Below, one piece after another: positions 12,701-22,502 of a DNA stretch of 64,000 nucleotides. The stretch spans positions 1 through 64,000 of the forward strand of contig JAPMXV010000047.1 of the NCBI GenBank assembly GCA_026936335.1, read 5' to 3'. Each line of letters begins with the position of its first letter. Position 1 is the stretch's first letter. Origin of the DNA: Mantamonas sphyraenae STR306. Its lineage: Eukaryota > Protista > CRuMs. The notes below the pieces were generated by a model. That model saw nothing but the letters and a program-made list of their open reading frames with translations, was not told the DNA's origin and searched no databases. Both the position numbers and the translations under genes were made by a program.

Positions 12701-12886
12701 TTCAGACCGGCTGTCAGACCCCTGCATATCCCCACTGAGCGAAATCTTGATTGGTTGGGGGTGACGGCGCATCACGAACAGGAAAACATACTCGCCTATC
12801 GAGTGCTCCAACCGATGCCGCTGGTGTCCGGACCTGGTCCTGCACGCTGCTTCATCAACCAGGAGGTACCAACTCATCACACACAC
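9770..12886 (-). CDS. Herpes UL9-like replication origin-binding protein (SF2 helicase) with long N-terminal extension
   Basis: Motifs in UL9-family order: YFVCAPTALGKSLLL (I), SIIYRTALL (Ia), VVSTMESML, VNLDEI (II), YFASAEL (III), TSKIVEGVSVEPTAFD (V), VQMVNRVRNV (VI). Confidence 0.75.
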   Translation of the reverse strand: MCVMSWYLLVDEAACRTRSGHQRHRLEHSIGEYVFLFVMRRHPQPIKISLSGDMQGSDSRSEAKNEATVDGMELETDTGLPSAESTLAVHNHPATQVEPVRGSNEPVRGSNEAVNEIVVDVDNTTVKVGIGEDAEEPSSTAQRKGKGKLGTGFGMFERRYRKRGGPVYVQIGEETARMGIGNMEYPGYCEKMLRWYQEHAAENVVPLAEATYAQDMDHKLVVHFRYDGDEENDGVYVTHTKKVVLEFLQKLVGEYEDEDIEFMSVMYTIMVRRSADKDDPSVCVQLVVDLRVDRDTAERTLGILKEIEKKLGGVMVCSEMLLPERHSPSMCGLNSDHPVTVLQRFKGTVQQKAWNKSVRKLVMSEDYSKLLTAYSSTSALWPYTMQAEQTCPPVLANWLLHRLDTSDEQSTMSLDKYVSTFLTQHAQHEGLRYLGRILEETARLIPTRLPSDSCNTQTATDTMNTDESGAFDKTWEEADVQVRRSAFGNGAVRLIITDQEERTQIRVTLSRLPKVYVYVRKDENWAVCGGNPRHKVSQVPKSPDLCNLDLDTLLVLMSAILYNIQSQPARTMASDLEKERAEKDWLDGLKEKIHQQDVFVHAGRADDKEVWAKISQDMDHLRRDYEGQDDIEIEDAEGNLPMLVYFVCAPTALGKSLLLARLHSDYLMHATDGDDKESAFLQSSLSIIYRTALLPSLMDNLPGVVSYDDIRNGKRRKEDVQHVVSTMESMLRHVYHENMEPEFVNLDEIARLPSKLLEQTLAHNAPVNATLGCILRTFITAKMLYFASAELTPETVSFWVSTIRRLVPNRNLRFRVIVVGREKPRGMDVVIHRSQETFLQRMIAEWQHRPQADLEFLRDYRIFSAVDDLERCCELYTENQAAVTDRKPTVYLVKGKGVDKTEQDRSVRNLNAMSKSTFKRIPLTDFHKAQSERKQGLFRNMARSQSAKGCADHDATFVTSKIVEGVSVEPTAFDSFSFLRKPDLTSPMMVVQMVNRVRNVPNDVNEAFLRSQMNLVSVGRHKDYVANLELLFQAQKGL
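12546..12594. repeat. 21-bp in-frame tandem duplication (EPVRGSN x2)
   Basis: ctcgttgctacccctcacagg occurs twice in tandem; the protein reads VEPVRGSNEPVRGSNEAV. Confidence 0.85.
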
Positions 12887-12981
12887 ACATACGCCAGCTA
12901 GGCTGACTTTTGCGAGCTGGTGCCCGTACTGTTTAGCATCACTGTGTCAAGAACAAGGAAATTATAAAGCCCACCTTCTTT

Positions 12982-13413
12982 TTATGCTTCTGCTTCATCG
13001 TCTGGGATGGAACGTCGGTTGCGCCGGCGGGGGAGAATTATCTCGTCATCGTCATCTCCAGAGTCGTCCACATCGCTTCCGGAGTAGCATGAGCTGTTTA
13101 AATCGTCAACATCCACATCCAAGTCACTCCAGTTGGCATAGCCGTAGTTGTCCTCCTCATCAGACCCCTCGTTGTAGTACCACTGATCGTCCTCATCTTC
13201 CTCACTCGTCCAACGGTTCTCGTCCTCCTCGTCACTGCTTGTAAGCTCAATGCACTCCAAAAACTCGTCGTCATCCGCAATAAACTGCCTCATCTCCTCC
13301 TCCTCCTCCGAGTCCATAATCTCCTCCTCCTCAAATTCGTCATCAATAAAACGGAACCCGTACCCCCCTACTCCACTGATGGTTTCACCCCTATCTTCCT
13401 CGCCTCTCATCAT
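12982..13413 (-). CDS. Highly acidic small protein with basic C-terminal patch
   Basis: 143-aa ORF dominated by D/E, ending LPRRRNRRS. Probably extends upstream into ORF 13391-13591 via a frameshift. Confidence 0.55.
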   Translation of the reverse strand: MMRGEEDRGETISGVGGYGFRFIDDEFEEEEIMDSEEEEEMRQFIADDDEFLECIELTSSDEEDENRWTSEEDEDDQWYYNEGSDEEDNYGYANWSDLDVDVDDLNSSCYSGSDVDDSGDDDDEIILPRRRNRRSIPDDEAEA

Positions 13414-13752
13414 CTATTCCTTCTTCCAGTTCGTACCCGCTGCGGTAGTCTGCATCGTTGTCATCGACAACAATGTTGTGGTCATCATCGCCATCGTTCA
13501 TCGTTGGTGTGTTCAACGAACCGATTGCACCACTCGGCATCGAACCAGAGCACTTGTTTTCAGAATCACCTTTAATTGACTGATGGGTCATTTGGCGAAC
13601 TACACAACGTTATCTTGGCACAGCTGGAGCATTGCGAGGCACATCTGCTCGCGAGACTACCAATTGGTTTAACGTTACCAAAGTACAATACAACACCACA
13701 ACAATACGATACAGACAGTTTTTGTTCACATGACCTTGGACATCTTCACCGA

Positions 13753-14111
13753 TGGGTGGTTCCTGACGATGACCCGGGGTCCGGACTCGAGCTTCATCGT
13801 GAAAACCACACTTCTCACCCAGCCGACCCCACCTCTCAAAAAAAAAAAATCATAGGATGGTATATATATACAACTTTTTTTTTTTCGCCACACGACCTTG
13901 GGTGGTTCCTGACGATGACCCGGGGTCCGGACCTGAGCTTCATCGTGAAAACCACACTTCTCACCCAGCCGAGGCAAGACCACCCCACCTCTCCAAAAAA
14001 AAAAAATTCATAGGATGGTATATATATACAACTTTTTTTTTTCGCCACACGACCTTGGGTGGTTCCTGACGATGACCCGGGGTCCGGACCTGAGCTTCAT
14101 CGTGAAAACCA
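13753..14111. repeat. Tandem array (periods 146 and 157 bp; three GC-rich cores, two AT-rich spacers); candidate origin/terminus element
   Basis: Core TGGGTGGTTCCTGACGATGACCCGGGGTCCGGACCTGAGCTTCATCGTGAAAACCA starts at 13753 (variant), 13899 and 14056. Spacers read A-tract-TCATAGGATG-GTATATATATAC-AAC-T-tract. Confidence 0.9.
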
Positions 14112-14210
14112 GTTGGTCGAACGCTCATGGGCTGGCTCACAGTGTCTGAAGCCATGGAGCCACAATGCGGTGTTTGGCATCGTCTACAATACACTAGAGC
14201 AGAGGCACGT

Positions 14211-16515
14211 TCATTCGACAATCATCTCCGCGCTTTGTTTTTCTCTGTGAGAGATGGCCTTGCGGAGTGCAGCCACAAACGTCTTTGTGGTGGGCCCAAT
14301 ATAGCCTTCGTTTTCAACCGCCTTGGATCCTTGCATGAGTAAATCCAGGGCCTTCAACATTCTCACGTTGGTCTGTTTGCTCAGCGTCTCGCAGAGCTTG
14401 TCTTCATCGTCAGTTTCGTCGACATCCAGCAACGGGTAGAGAAACAACCCACGCTTGCAGCGAGTCAAAGCAACGTAAACGAGGTTCAACGACTCGTCCG
14501 CGTTACCTTGCGTGCTGGCAAACAGGTCAACGAGTCCGAGGATGTGCACATTCCCGCGATCGGCCCCCTTAGCTTTGTGTACCGTCGAGATCTGGATCTT
14601 GAAGAGTCCGTTGCCATCCATGGCGTCTGCTGGAGCGTGCATAAAGTCGTTGAAGCGCTGCTGGAGTTCGTGTACCCCCTGCTCATGAACGAGATCATCC
14701 CGCTGCAAGTACCGCCACCCTCGCACAAGAGCCACAGTTCGCAACATCATCGACACCCTGCGGTTCGCACCTCTGATGCTCCTGAAGAACTGCTGGACGT
14801 CCTGGCGAGTGTCGAAGCGACCGACCACGGCTGTGCGGCCAACGCCCTCCGTGTCGGCAACTTCTTCGGGTCCGAGCATCACCTGCAACTCGCGTTCGAC
14901 GAACCCCTGCGCGGTAGATCGCCACTCTTCCACATTCGTATGTTCTTCTGAGCCCCCGTGTTTGCTCCACCGACACTGGAGCTCAGTGCAAACTTGGGCG
15001 TACTCGTGGCCGCGATTGTCTGCAAGGAAGAATTGGTCGTACACAGCCAGCAACACACACTGCTCCTGGTTGTTGCGTACGATCAATAGGTCATCGTTTT
15101 CTGCCGTGGTCGCTCGGGGCAGCTCCTCGCGCGGCCCAAACGTACCTTGCGCAACGACGTCCTTGTCAAACTCGATTGGGGTGCCCAACGTCTCCAGCAC
15201 TGGTGCCATCTTGGAAAACACGCGACGTGTGAGTTTCAGCTCCAGGGTGTTCGTTCGCATCCCCTGGTTCGAGGCTTCCTCTTTCAGAGTGGCAAGCGCC
15301 GTTGGTGCCGCTCCTAGTGACAGGTTGATGGCCTGGCGCTTGTCGCCAAACACTGCAAGTATGCTGCCCTTCTTTTCCGTCATGCGGCGGGCAAATTCGA
15401 TCATGGCGGGAGTGCAGTCCTGTGCTTCGTCCACAATGAGCAGAGGGGCCACCATGTGCTTCTGCGGCAAGGAATCTGCGCCTGTGATGTTTGCCACGTA
15501 CACCGCATCTGGCATTGACACAATGCTTGTCATGTTGTTGGCAAACAGCTCGGCTGGCTTCAGCACCAGGCACACGAGCTCGGTCAGCACGCCCCGCTCA
15601 AACTCTGCCCCAAGCGCCTTTTTTTTCCAGTCCAGAGTGAGTGCGCAGATTGCGTTCCGTGTTGATCATGTGGTATACTTCACTCTTGTCGTTGCCAATG
15701 TTCATCTGCATGCAAGCCTGGCTGTAGAACTCAACCAGCGTTCGCAGCACCTTTTGCTCGACGCTCCTGACCAGCGGCGCATACTGCTGACAGCACTGTG
15801 TCAACACAGGCTTGGCAAACTTTACAATGTTTTGGTAGTGTCTCTGACACATGTCCCGAATTTCCTGGTTGTTGGTGCTTGCCTTGGACGCGTCGGCTCG
15901 TTTGACAAATTCGTTCGTAAGCTTGGTCACGTTTTCGCATAGGTACGAGTCAATGCGCTCATCGTCGATCTTCATGCCCTGTTGCATGTCAGCGCTCGCT
16001 CTGCACAGTACCTGCACAAAGTATCTCGGAAGAACCGAGCTCGAAGAGCTCGAATCAAACGTCACCGCTCCCTTTGCATGACTGCCCAAATCGCTCATGG
16101 CCTTGGAATGGAAAGTGCACACGTGCACACCATCGTCACTCCGCTTTGCCGCCACCTTGACTCCAGCTCGCTCGAGTGCCTCCTTCAAATCGTTCGCGTT
16201 GGCGCGGTTGAACACCAGCACATACAGAGCTCGGTCGGTCGTCCACCGATTCTCTCCACCCTCTTCTCTGAGGACTTCCTTCACAATAACCCTGATCACA
16301 GTCGACTTGCCCGCACCCGGCACTGCCTCAATCACAAGCCCCACCGCGTCCTTCTTTCGCGTCGCGGCCACTATCAAATCGACAAGCTCCCTCTGATCCC
16401 TGCTCAATGGCCTCTCTGTTGCTCTGCAAACATCTCCAGCCGATGCGGATGACGAGCAAGGCTGATCCAGGTGCTGCGTCGAGTCTGAAACGGCGCTCGC
16501 GTCTACTTCGTCCAT
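14211..16515 (-). CDS. UvrD/Rep/FBH1-like SF1 DNA helicase (~767 aa when joined; 1-nt frameshift at T8 run 15619-15626)
   Basis: AVPGAGKST (I), LVFNRANA (Ia), TFHSKA (Ib), IVDEAQD (II), FGDKRQAI (III), STVHKAKG (V), VYVALTRCK (VI). The right-arm copy has 7 A at this run and reads through. Confidence 0.9.
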
Positions 16516-16533
16516 GCGCCATGCCCGTGGGGG

Positions 16534-16839
16534 TTAGTTATTGTTGTAGAGGTGTTTATGTTTTACCAACCACGTAATTTGGAACCGTGTGTGGACGTTT
16601 GGGGGGCACGTACCAAGGTCAATGCGAGCCTGTTTCTTTGGCTGGGGCAGTGCCGCTGCAACTGTCGAAATCCACTCGTCCTCCTGGTACGACTCCTCAA
16701 TACTTGCTGAACGTGCACGTTTGCGCCCTTCTTCGTCGTGGGGCTGTGAACCTGCATCGGGCTGGCTCGTTTCGTCTGCCAGGACAATGTCACCAACACT
16801 CTCATCGACAGGGTCGATTTCCGGGATATCGATGTCCAT
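16534..16839 (-). CDS. Small acidic hypothetical protein with NLS-like motifs
   Basis: 101-aa ATG ORF ending 18 nt before the helicase start; contains RKRARS and KKQARI. Confidence 0.55.
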   Translation of the reverse strand: MDIDIPEIDPVDESVGDIVLADETSQPDAGSQPHDEEGRKRARSASIEESYQEDEWISTVAAALPQPKKQARIDLGTCPPNVHTRFQITWLVKHKHLYNNN

Positions 16840-17058
16840 GATTGCTTGTTTGCGTCTTGTGAGTGATCGAGCGGATTACTGTGACGTGCAAAGTGCAATC
16901 GCGTTGAGTTGCCTCAGACGGGGCAACCACGAGCTGCAGACCAAGTTGGACCGACAGGGCCACAGTGATGCTCCCACGCCCCTCAGAGCTTCCTCCATGC
17001 CCACACAGGTCGACACATCCATCTGTCAACCAGTAGTCCATGTATGGTCCCTGTTTGT

Positions 17059-17385
17059 GGTTTGTTTCGTGGTCCCGGACTTGGTCCGGACTGGACCTTC
17101 ATCGAAACCTCCAGTCACACGAATTGATGAGGTGAAATGAAAAGCCAAAAAATCAAAATACACCCGATTTTACGATGACCAGTGGGTCCGGACCTGGTCC
17201 GGGCCCAGGCTTCATCGCAAAACCAATCACAATCCACAGTGTGTGTGACCAAAGAGTGTGTTGGTACATGTGCGGAACTGTCCTCCCAGGACTTGGTCCA
17301 GGACTCACTGATATCGAAAGCGGTGAGCGAAACGACACGAACCCGACGATGAGAGTGGTCCCGGGCGAGGTCCAACCAGGCCCAC
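17059..17385. promoter_or_regulatory. Cluster of degenerate copies of the GGTCCGGACC core element in a divergent intergenic region
   Basis: 17168-17225 ttttACGATGACCagtgGGTCCGGACCTGgtccgggcccagGCTTCATCGcAAAACCA matches the 13.75-kb core. Weaker copies near 17060-17110, 17285-17305 and 17346-17385. Confidence 0.7.
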
Positions 17386-17434
17386 CACCTTGATTGGGTG
17401 AAAGGTGTACACCTCCTTGTGAACCACACAAGTC

Positions 17435-20400
17435 GTGGGCGCTGTGGGCTCCGTCGTCGATACGTTGATTACGTTGAGCAAGAGGACAAAGGGGCCAAGC
17501 AAGTTGCGCAGAACCCACCAAAGCCGCCCTTTGTTCTGCTCCATGGAGAACAGTGAGCAACAGGAGGGCAATGTTTGGGGAGCCACACATCGTAGAGATA
17601 GACCTGCAGCATCACGTAAACGCAAGAGGTCCGCCAAGCACCAGCGACGCAAGGGGGGTGGCCGATTTGGCGTCCAGGTGGCTGCGCAGCAAGTGCCCAT
17701 CCGGCTCGGGGACCAAGAACAAGAGCAAGAAGAGGAGCCGCAGAGCATTGACCCTGTAACTGACCACGCACCTAAGCGGTCCCGGGTAGAGTCTACCCCA
17801 TCTGCATCTTCGAGCTCCAGCTCCAGCTCCAGCTCCGAGACCCCAAACGGCACGGTGGGTTTCCCCTCTTGCAACCTCCATCCCGGCCCAGGTCATGCAC
17901 TCACACGTACCGAATGCGCGCATGTGTGGACATCCTGTGCCCGTCGCCACTACTTGCAGCCCAATGGTGACCAACAGGCCCCTGCTTCACCTTCAAAGCA
18001 CCAGCTGCCTGACAAGCACACATACGAGAGCATCACCTTGGAGCTGATCGAAGATATCAACAAGAACGAGCTCACACACCTAGGACCCAATGCTAAGCAC
18101 CCCAAGAGCAACCTAGTTGCCGCTTTTCAACAGTATCAAGGCGGCGAGGTAACCCCTGGTCAAGTGAAAGCGCTCGTGTGGGCGGCCGCCTCAGCATCAC
18201 TGGACCTCCCGCCTCCCGAGCCCCTGCTTACCTCCTACGAGAAATTGAGGCAATTTGTCAACAGTGCATATGTGTGTACATCAAACATGTCTTCAGCCCA
18301 GTGGGATTTGGTGGTCTATGCAAGTTTCTCGGGGCTGATCCCGCTCACAGTGCTCTGGGAACACACTGGGTGCCACTCCTGGACCTACTATGGAGGTATG
18401 AATCGCAATATCATTCGACCTGCATTCCACCTCACGGATGTTCGCATTGACAGCACACCGGCTTTGGAAGTTGACGAGCGACGTTTGATGAGCGTGGAGC
18501 TGGAGGCAGCCACCCTTGTTCAGGCCAAGCTGCTCTCGCTGGACAAAGAGAATGAGCAGGAAAGAGAGACACTGGAAGCGCTCGCAGAGAACTGGATGTC
18601 GTCCATTGAAGAGCTTTTACACCAGCGTGGAGGCAACAAAAAGGAGCCGCTGTGGGTTCATGGTTCGAGCTGCAAACTCACCTCTGAGCCAGAGAGTGTC
18701 ATCAACAAATACTGTCAAACGTTTCTTGAGAACAACAGTCAGGAGAGGGTCGATATTGTGGAGACACTAATCTGCTTCTGGATGGACCCCAAACACGGTG
18801 CCAACGCAACACGGTTTCGCGAGTTCCCGTCGATGCGCTCGAGTCTGATTGCCACCACCAATCCACAGACCCTCTGCAAGGCGGCTCTGCTTGCCCAGCG
18901 GGTGACTGCTGAGCACCAGGAGAACCTGACAAAGGCTCGCCAGTTTGCGGATGAAATTCGTTCCCAGGCGAGGAGCGACAGCGCGTCTGAGGACGAATTG
19001 GCCATACTCACGTGCTTGGCATTTGTGGGTGTAGTCCCGCTGTGCAAACTTGGCGCTTGGTACAAAGACGTGGAAGAACACGTCCTCGTGCCCGTTTTCG
19101 ACAAGCTCGAGTCCATCGAACCCTTCCACGATTACCCCCTACCGCTCCAAATTCTGTTGGAAACTGAGCTACATCGTGCCCATGAACTTCATGCACACGC
19201 TTTTCAGCAAGATCAGGACGCTGCAGCCGCCAACACGAACGACTGCGAGCGAACAGTGCTGCGCAAGGCCTGGCGGAACTCCTTGGTTGGCTTGCTCGAA
19301 CGACAGCACGACGCGTGGGAACACAATGTCAAAGCCATGAACGGCTACAGTGTCACCTCAGACTATTGTGTACAGTGCCTGATTCGATCGGACCGAGCAG
19401 CCCCCCACCACGGCGTGCCGATTGCCCGAGCTATCACATGTTCATGGGTCCACCACATCGCTCAGAAGAAGCAAGTCGCCAAGTTGGCTGCACATGCCGT
19501 GTACCGCTTTGCGGCGACCGCCTGGATGTCGCCACGTGCCTATCTCAGCAGCAACATGCACAAGACATCGACGGCAACCGAACACACAAGCATCTGTCGC
19601 CCACTCCTTTGGATCCACTGCTTCGACAGCGACGCCGGCCTTCTTCTGTGGGATCCAAAGCCATCGGGTCGCGCTTCAAGCTCCTCTTTGAACAACAGCG
19701 AGCACCCTGGCGCCTTTGCGTGGATGGCCAAACAACCCTTCTGTCCGGCCACCTGCCCTGTTGCAGCCAATCTCGACGCCGCCCTGATGGCTCAGAACGC
19801 CTTTCCCTGCCTCACCTATGACACAGCCAAAGAATCTGTCCCTCTCATGGAACCACGACAATGGCGTGCTCGTATGAAGAGGGCCTGGACTGTGCGCAAC
19901 CACTACGTGTACCCACGCTTCGCACTCAAACTTGCCTGGCTCTTGCACTGGCGGCTGCAGAATCTTTCCCCCCATCCGCAGGTCAGTGAGGACTCGTCCG
20001 ACGAGGAAGACCGCCATGGCTCCGCTGGCAACACAGAATCCAATGGACCCTTGGATCACCTGCAGCAACTCCGCAAGGACTCCTGGCCCTCCACACGCGT
20101 GCAAGGGACAGTGCTCCACGAATGGGAGATCATCAACCTCCCGCACGTTTTTGCAAACCTCATCGACCACAGCACTCTCAAAGCACTCACAAAGAGCCGC
20201 GCGTCAAACAACGCAAACCGTTCGCGTTCCAAAACTCGCGTGCCCAGAGAAGTCAAGTACTTGTCCGTTTTGGAAGGCAAAGACACCATCGACGCAACCA
20301 AGCTGTTTCCGTACGAGGCCACGTGGTGGGAGCTCGGCTCGGTTCTCTTTGATCGTGAGTACTCTCGCTGCACCGCAGACTACCGTGCCCTCCGTTCCCG

Positions 20401-20650
20401 CCTGAAAGATCTCCCCTTCCCTTGGGTCCCTCCTTCCTATTCGGACGACGACGACGATTTGATTGACTGCCGCGAGCGCTGGGACACGGTCACCGACAAA
20501 CTCCTCCCGTCGATGATCCAGCTTTTTCTGCGCAACAAGAGCGCCTCCGTGTCCACAAACACGACGCATCCAACAGAACAGGACTGCTGGCCACAAACAG
20601 GCATCCGGCCCATGCCGACAGACCCCTGGAATGACTATGCCGATATCTAG
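17435..20650 (+). CDS. Large hypothetical protein (1071 aa; ATG at 17543 may be the true start)
   Basis: Long uninterrupted ORF, identical in both arms, with N-terminal basic and Ser-rich region. No family recognised. Confidence 0.75.
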   Translation: MGAVGSVVDTLITLSKRTKGPSKLRRTHQSRPLFCSMENSEQQEGNVWGATHRRDRPAASRKRKRSAKHQRRKGGGRFGVQVAAQQVPIRLGDQEQEQEEEPQSIDPVTDHAPKRSRVESTPSASSSSSSSSSSETPNGTVGFPSCNLHPGPGHALTRTECAHVWTSCARRHYLQPNGDQQAPASPSKHQLPDKHTYESITLELIEDINKNELTHLGPNAKHPKSNLVAAFQQYQGGEVTPGQVKALVWAAASASLDLPPPEPLLTSYEKLRQFVNSAYVCTSNMSSAQWDLVVYASFSGLIPLTVLWEHTGCHSWTYYGGMNRNIIRPAFHLTDVRIDSTPALEVDERRLMSVELEAATLVQAKLLSLDKENEQERETLEALAENWMSSIEELLHQRGGNKKEPLWVHGSSCKLTSEPESVINKYCQTFLENNSQERVDIVETLICFWMDPKHGANATRFREFPSMRSSLIATTNPQTLCKAALLAQRVTAEHQENLTKARQFADEIRSQARSDSASEDELAILTCLAFVGVVPLCKLGAWYKDVEEHVLVPVFDKLESIEPFHDYPLPLQILLETELHRAHELHAHAFQQDQDAAAANTNDCERTVLRKAWRNSLVGLLERQHDAWEHNVKAMNGYSVTSDYCVQCLIRSDRAAPHHGVPIARAITCSWVHHIAQKKQVAKLAAHAVYRFAATAWMSPRAYLSSNMHKTSTATEHTSICRPLLWIHCFDSDAGLLLWDPKPSGRASSSSLNNSEHPGAFAWMAKQPFCPATCPVAANLDAALMAQNAFPCLTYDTAKESVPLMEPRQWRARMKRAWTVRNHYVYPRFALKLAWLLHWRLQNLSPHPQVSEDSSDEEDRHGSAGNTESNGPLDHLQQLRKDSWPSTRVQGTVLHEWEIINLPHVFANLIDHSTLKALTKSRASNNANRSRSKTRVPREVKYLSVLEGKDTIDATKLFPYEATWWELGSVLFDREYSRCTADYRALRSRLKDLPFPWVPPSYSDDDDDLIDCRERWDTVTDKLLPSMIQLFLRNKSASVSTNTTHPTEQDCWPQTGIRPMPTDPWNDYADI

Positions 20651-20655
20651 TAGGG

Positions 20656-21159
20656 ATGATTTTCCGATCCACCGCACCAACCCTGCACCACTGCGCCTCT
20701 GGTCATCGGTCGCCAGCAACCCACACCATCCACACACAGTCAAGGTTTTCCATGCTGGCGGGATATAGAGACGTGGATTGCAATCCCTGCACTGCGCCGG
20801 CTGGTCCAAAACAACAACGACAAATGACGCGGAGAACCCAGTTACCCCCTGACATGCAGACCCTCCTGGTCGAGATTATCAGGTGGCTCCAGCTCGCAGG
20901 TGATCTCACCTACATCACACCCTGCACCTCGCACATGGACATCGAGTCCCTGCCTTCAGCGCGCAACAACAGCACCACAATGGATCTCGAGAACACCTCG
21001 TCAGCAGAAACTCTCCACCGCAACAGGACAAAGCGACATCCCTCTCCGCTGCAAGATCGCAGCATAGACGACCCATACGATTGCTCGTGGTCCTCTGGAG
21101 ACCTCCTTCAAGAGGACGAGGGCCCGCCGCACAGAAAAAGGCGCAGACACGCTCGGTGA
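20656..21159 (+). CDS. Hypothetical protein with C-terminal NLS-like RKRRR
   Basis: 167-aa ORF directly after the 1071-aa gene on the same strand. Confidence 0.4.
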   Translation: MIFRSTAPTLHHCASGHRSPATHTIHTQSRFSMLAGYRDVDCNPCTAPAGPKQQRQMTRRTQLPPDMQTLLVEIIRWLQLAGDLTYITPCTSHMDIESLPSARNNSTTMDLENTSSAETLHRNRTKRHPSPLQDRSIDDPYDCSWSSGDLLQEDEGPPHRKRRRHAR

Positions 21160-22502
21160 GATGCAGTCCAGAGGAGGAGGCAAGAGACACCCAAACTCGA
21201 ACGGCCTGGGGTCTGCATGCGGAACCCCGCCAAGCACATGGGTTGCACCGCGTGACAGCGTGCCTGATAGTGCAGCCCCTTCTCAGCGAGCTCGTTCTTG
21301 CTCAAAGCTACCGATTGTCGAGGGAGCCGAAGCAGGCACAGAAAGCACATGGACGACGTGGCGTCTACACCATCACAGAATGACCATGGCTGCACGGGAC
21401 GGGTATATGGACTGCTACGTCCGGATTTCGTCGCCCCTGCACGCGAGACGTGCACCAACTGGGAAGTGACCACAAACGCGTGAATGAACAAGTGTATATG
21501 TGTGTGTGTGGTTGTGTGGTGTGTTTCCATGCATCGATGTGTCGGCGCGTCGTTGTAGGTGAGTGTGACGAAAAAAATTTGTGATGAGGTGATGTCCTCC
21601 GGCGAGATGGTTGAGTTGCGCTGTGAGCAAGACGCAGTCTCCTGTATAGGATAAGGGTGTGGATTCATGTACGGTTTGCAAAGAGGGAGGGGTGATTGGC
21701 TGCTTTGTGGGAACGGAAAAAGTAGGAAGATGGTGGAGAGAAGGGAAAGTGCTTGGTAGGCCCGTGGGAGTCGCGTCTATTGCAGTACATGGCTCACCTT
21801 GCTGGAAACAGGATGTACTCGAGGTGTGAACGAGCAGGAGGTATCTGGTGATTGGGGTGGCTTGTGTCGCTAGTCGCTTGTTTCGATCGTTGCACACCAG
21901 ATGGTTGTTCCCTGTGGGTTCAATGTGGGAGGAGGACAAAGTTTTACAGTGTACATTGGTGGAGGAAGGGCCTGGGAGGGGGTGGTGTCTCCACTCATTG
22001 TGGGATGTGGGCGTGGTGGACTATCATTTTCAGAGTGTCCACGGTGGTGTGGATGAAGTCTCGAGGGGTGCCATCGATGCGTGTGATGTCTCACACGACG
22101 GTGCAATTGTGCTCTGGGGTGATGGTGTGGTGGGATGTGAGGGAGATGCGGTGGCAATGCGAATACCCGGTTTGGACATAATGCACCAATTTCGTACAAA
22201 CAGTGCCATAGTGCTCATCACAAACGGAAAGAGTGTTCCCATCGTCGATCCAGGTCGTTACAGGACTCCCATGTGGATGTAGGGGTTGGAAAGGGTGTAA
22301 TAGAGTGTCCAGTGAGGGTGAGCACACTGGGGGAGGTCAGTGTAGTTGCGGCAGCTCCAGAGAATCTGTGCATTTTTTCGAAGCTGGACACGGAGGGGGG
22401 GTCGAAGACGTGTGCACCCACACGCACAGGTGGCATCAATCGGCCATGGTGGGCTTTTCGTGCGCGTAGTCTCGTCCACACCATCACTGAACCGCGGTCA
22501 AG

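Noticed and set aside
13753-14111. CRISPR array
   Set aside because: Spacers are near-identical rather than unique, the units are ~150 bp, and no cas genes are visible.
13576-14250. Short ORFs across the palindromic array
   Set aside because: They translate the repeats and homopolymers (KKK, FFF, YIY) and are most likely non-coding.
15619-15626. Programmed ribosomal frameshift in the helicase
   Set aside because: The other arm has seven A and is in frame, so a homopolymer indel is the simpler explanation.
21480-22470. G/T-skewed stretch as telomeric repeat or defined gene
   Set aside because: No regular repeat unit, and the ORFs are short with no recognisable family.
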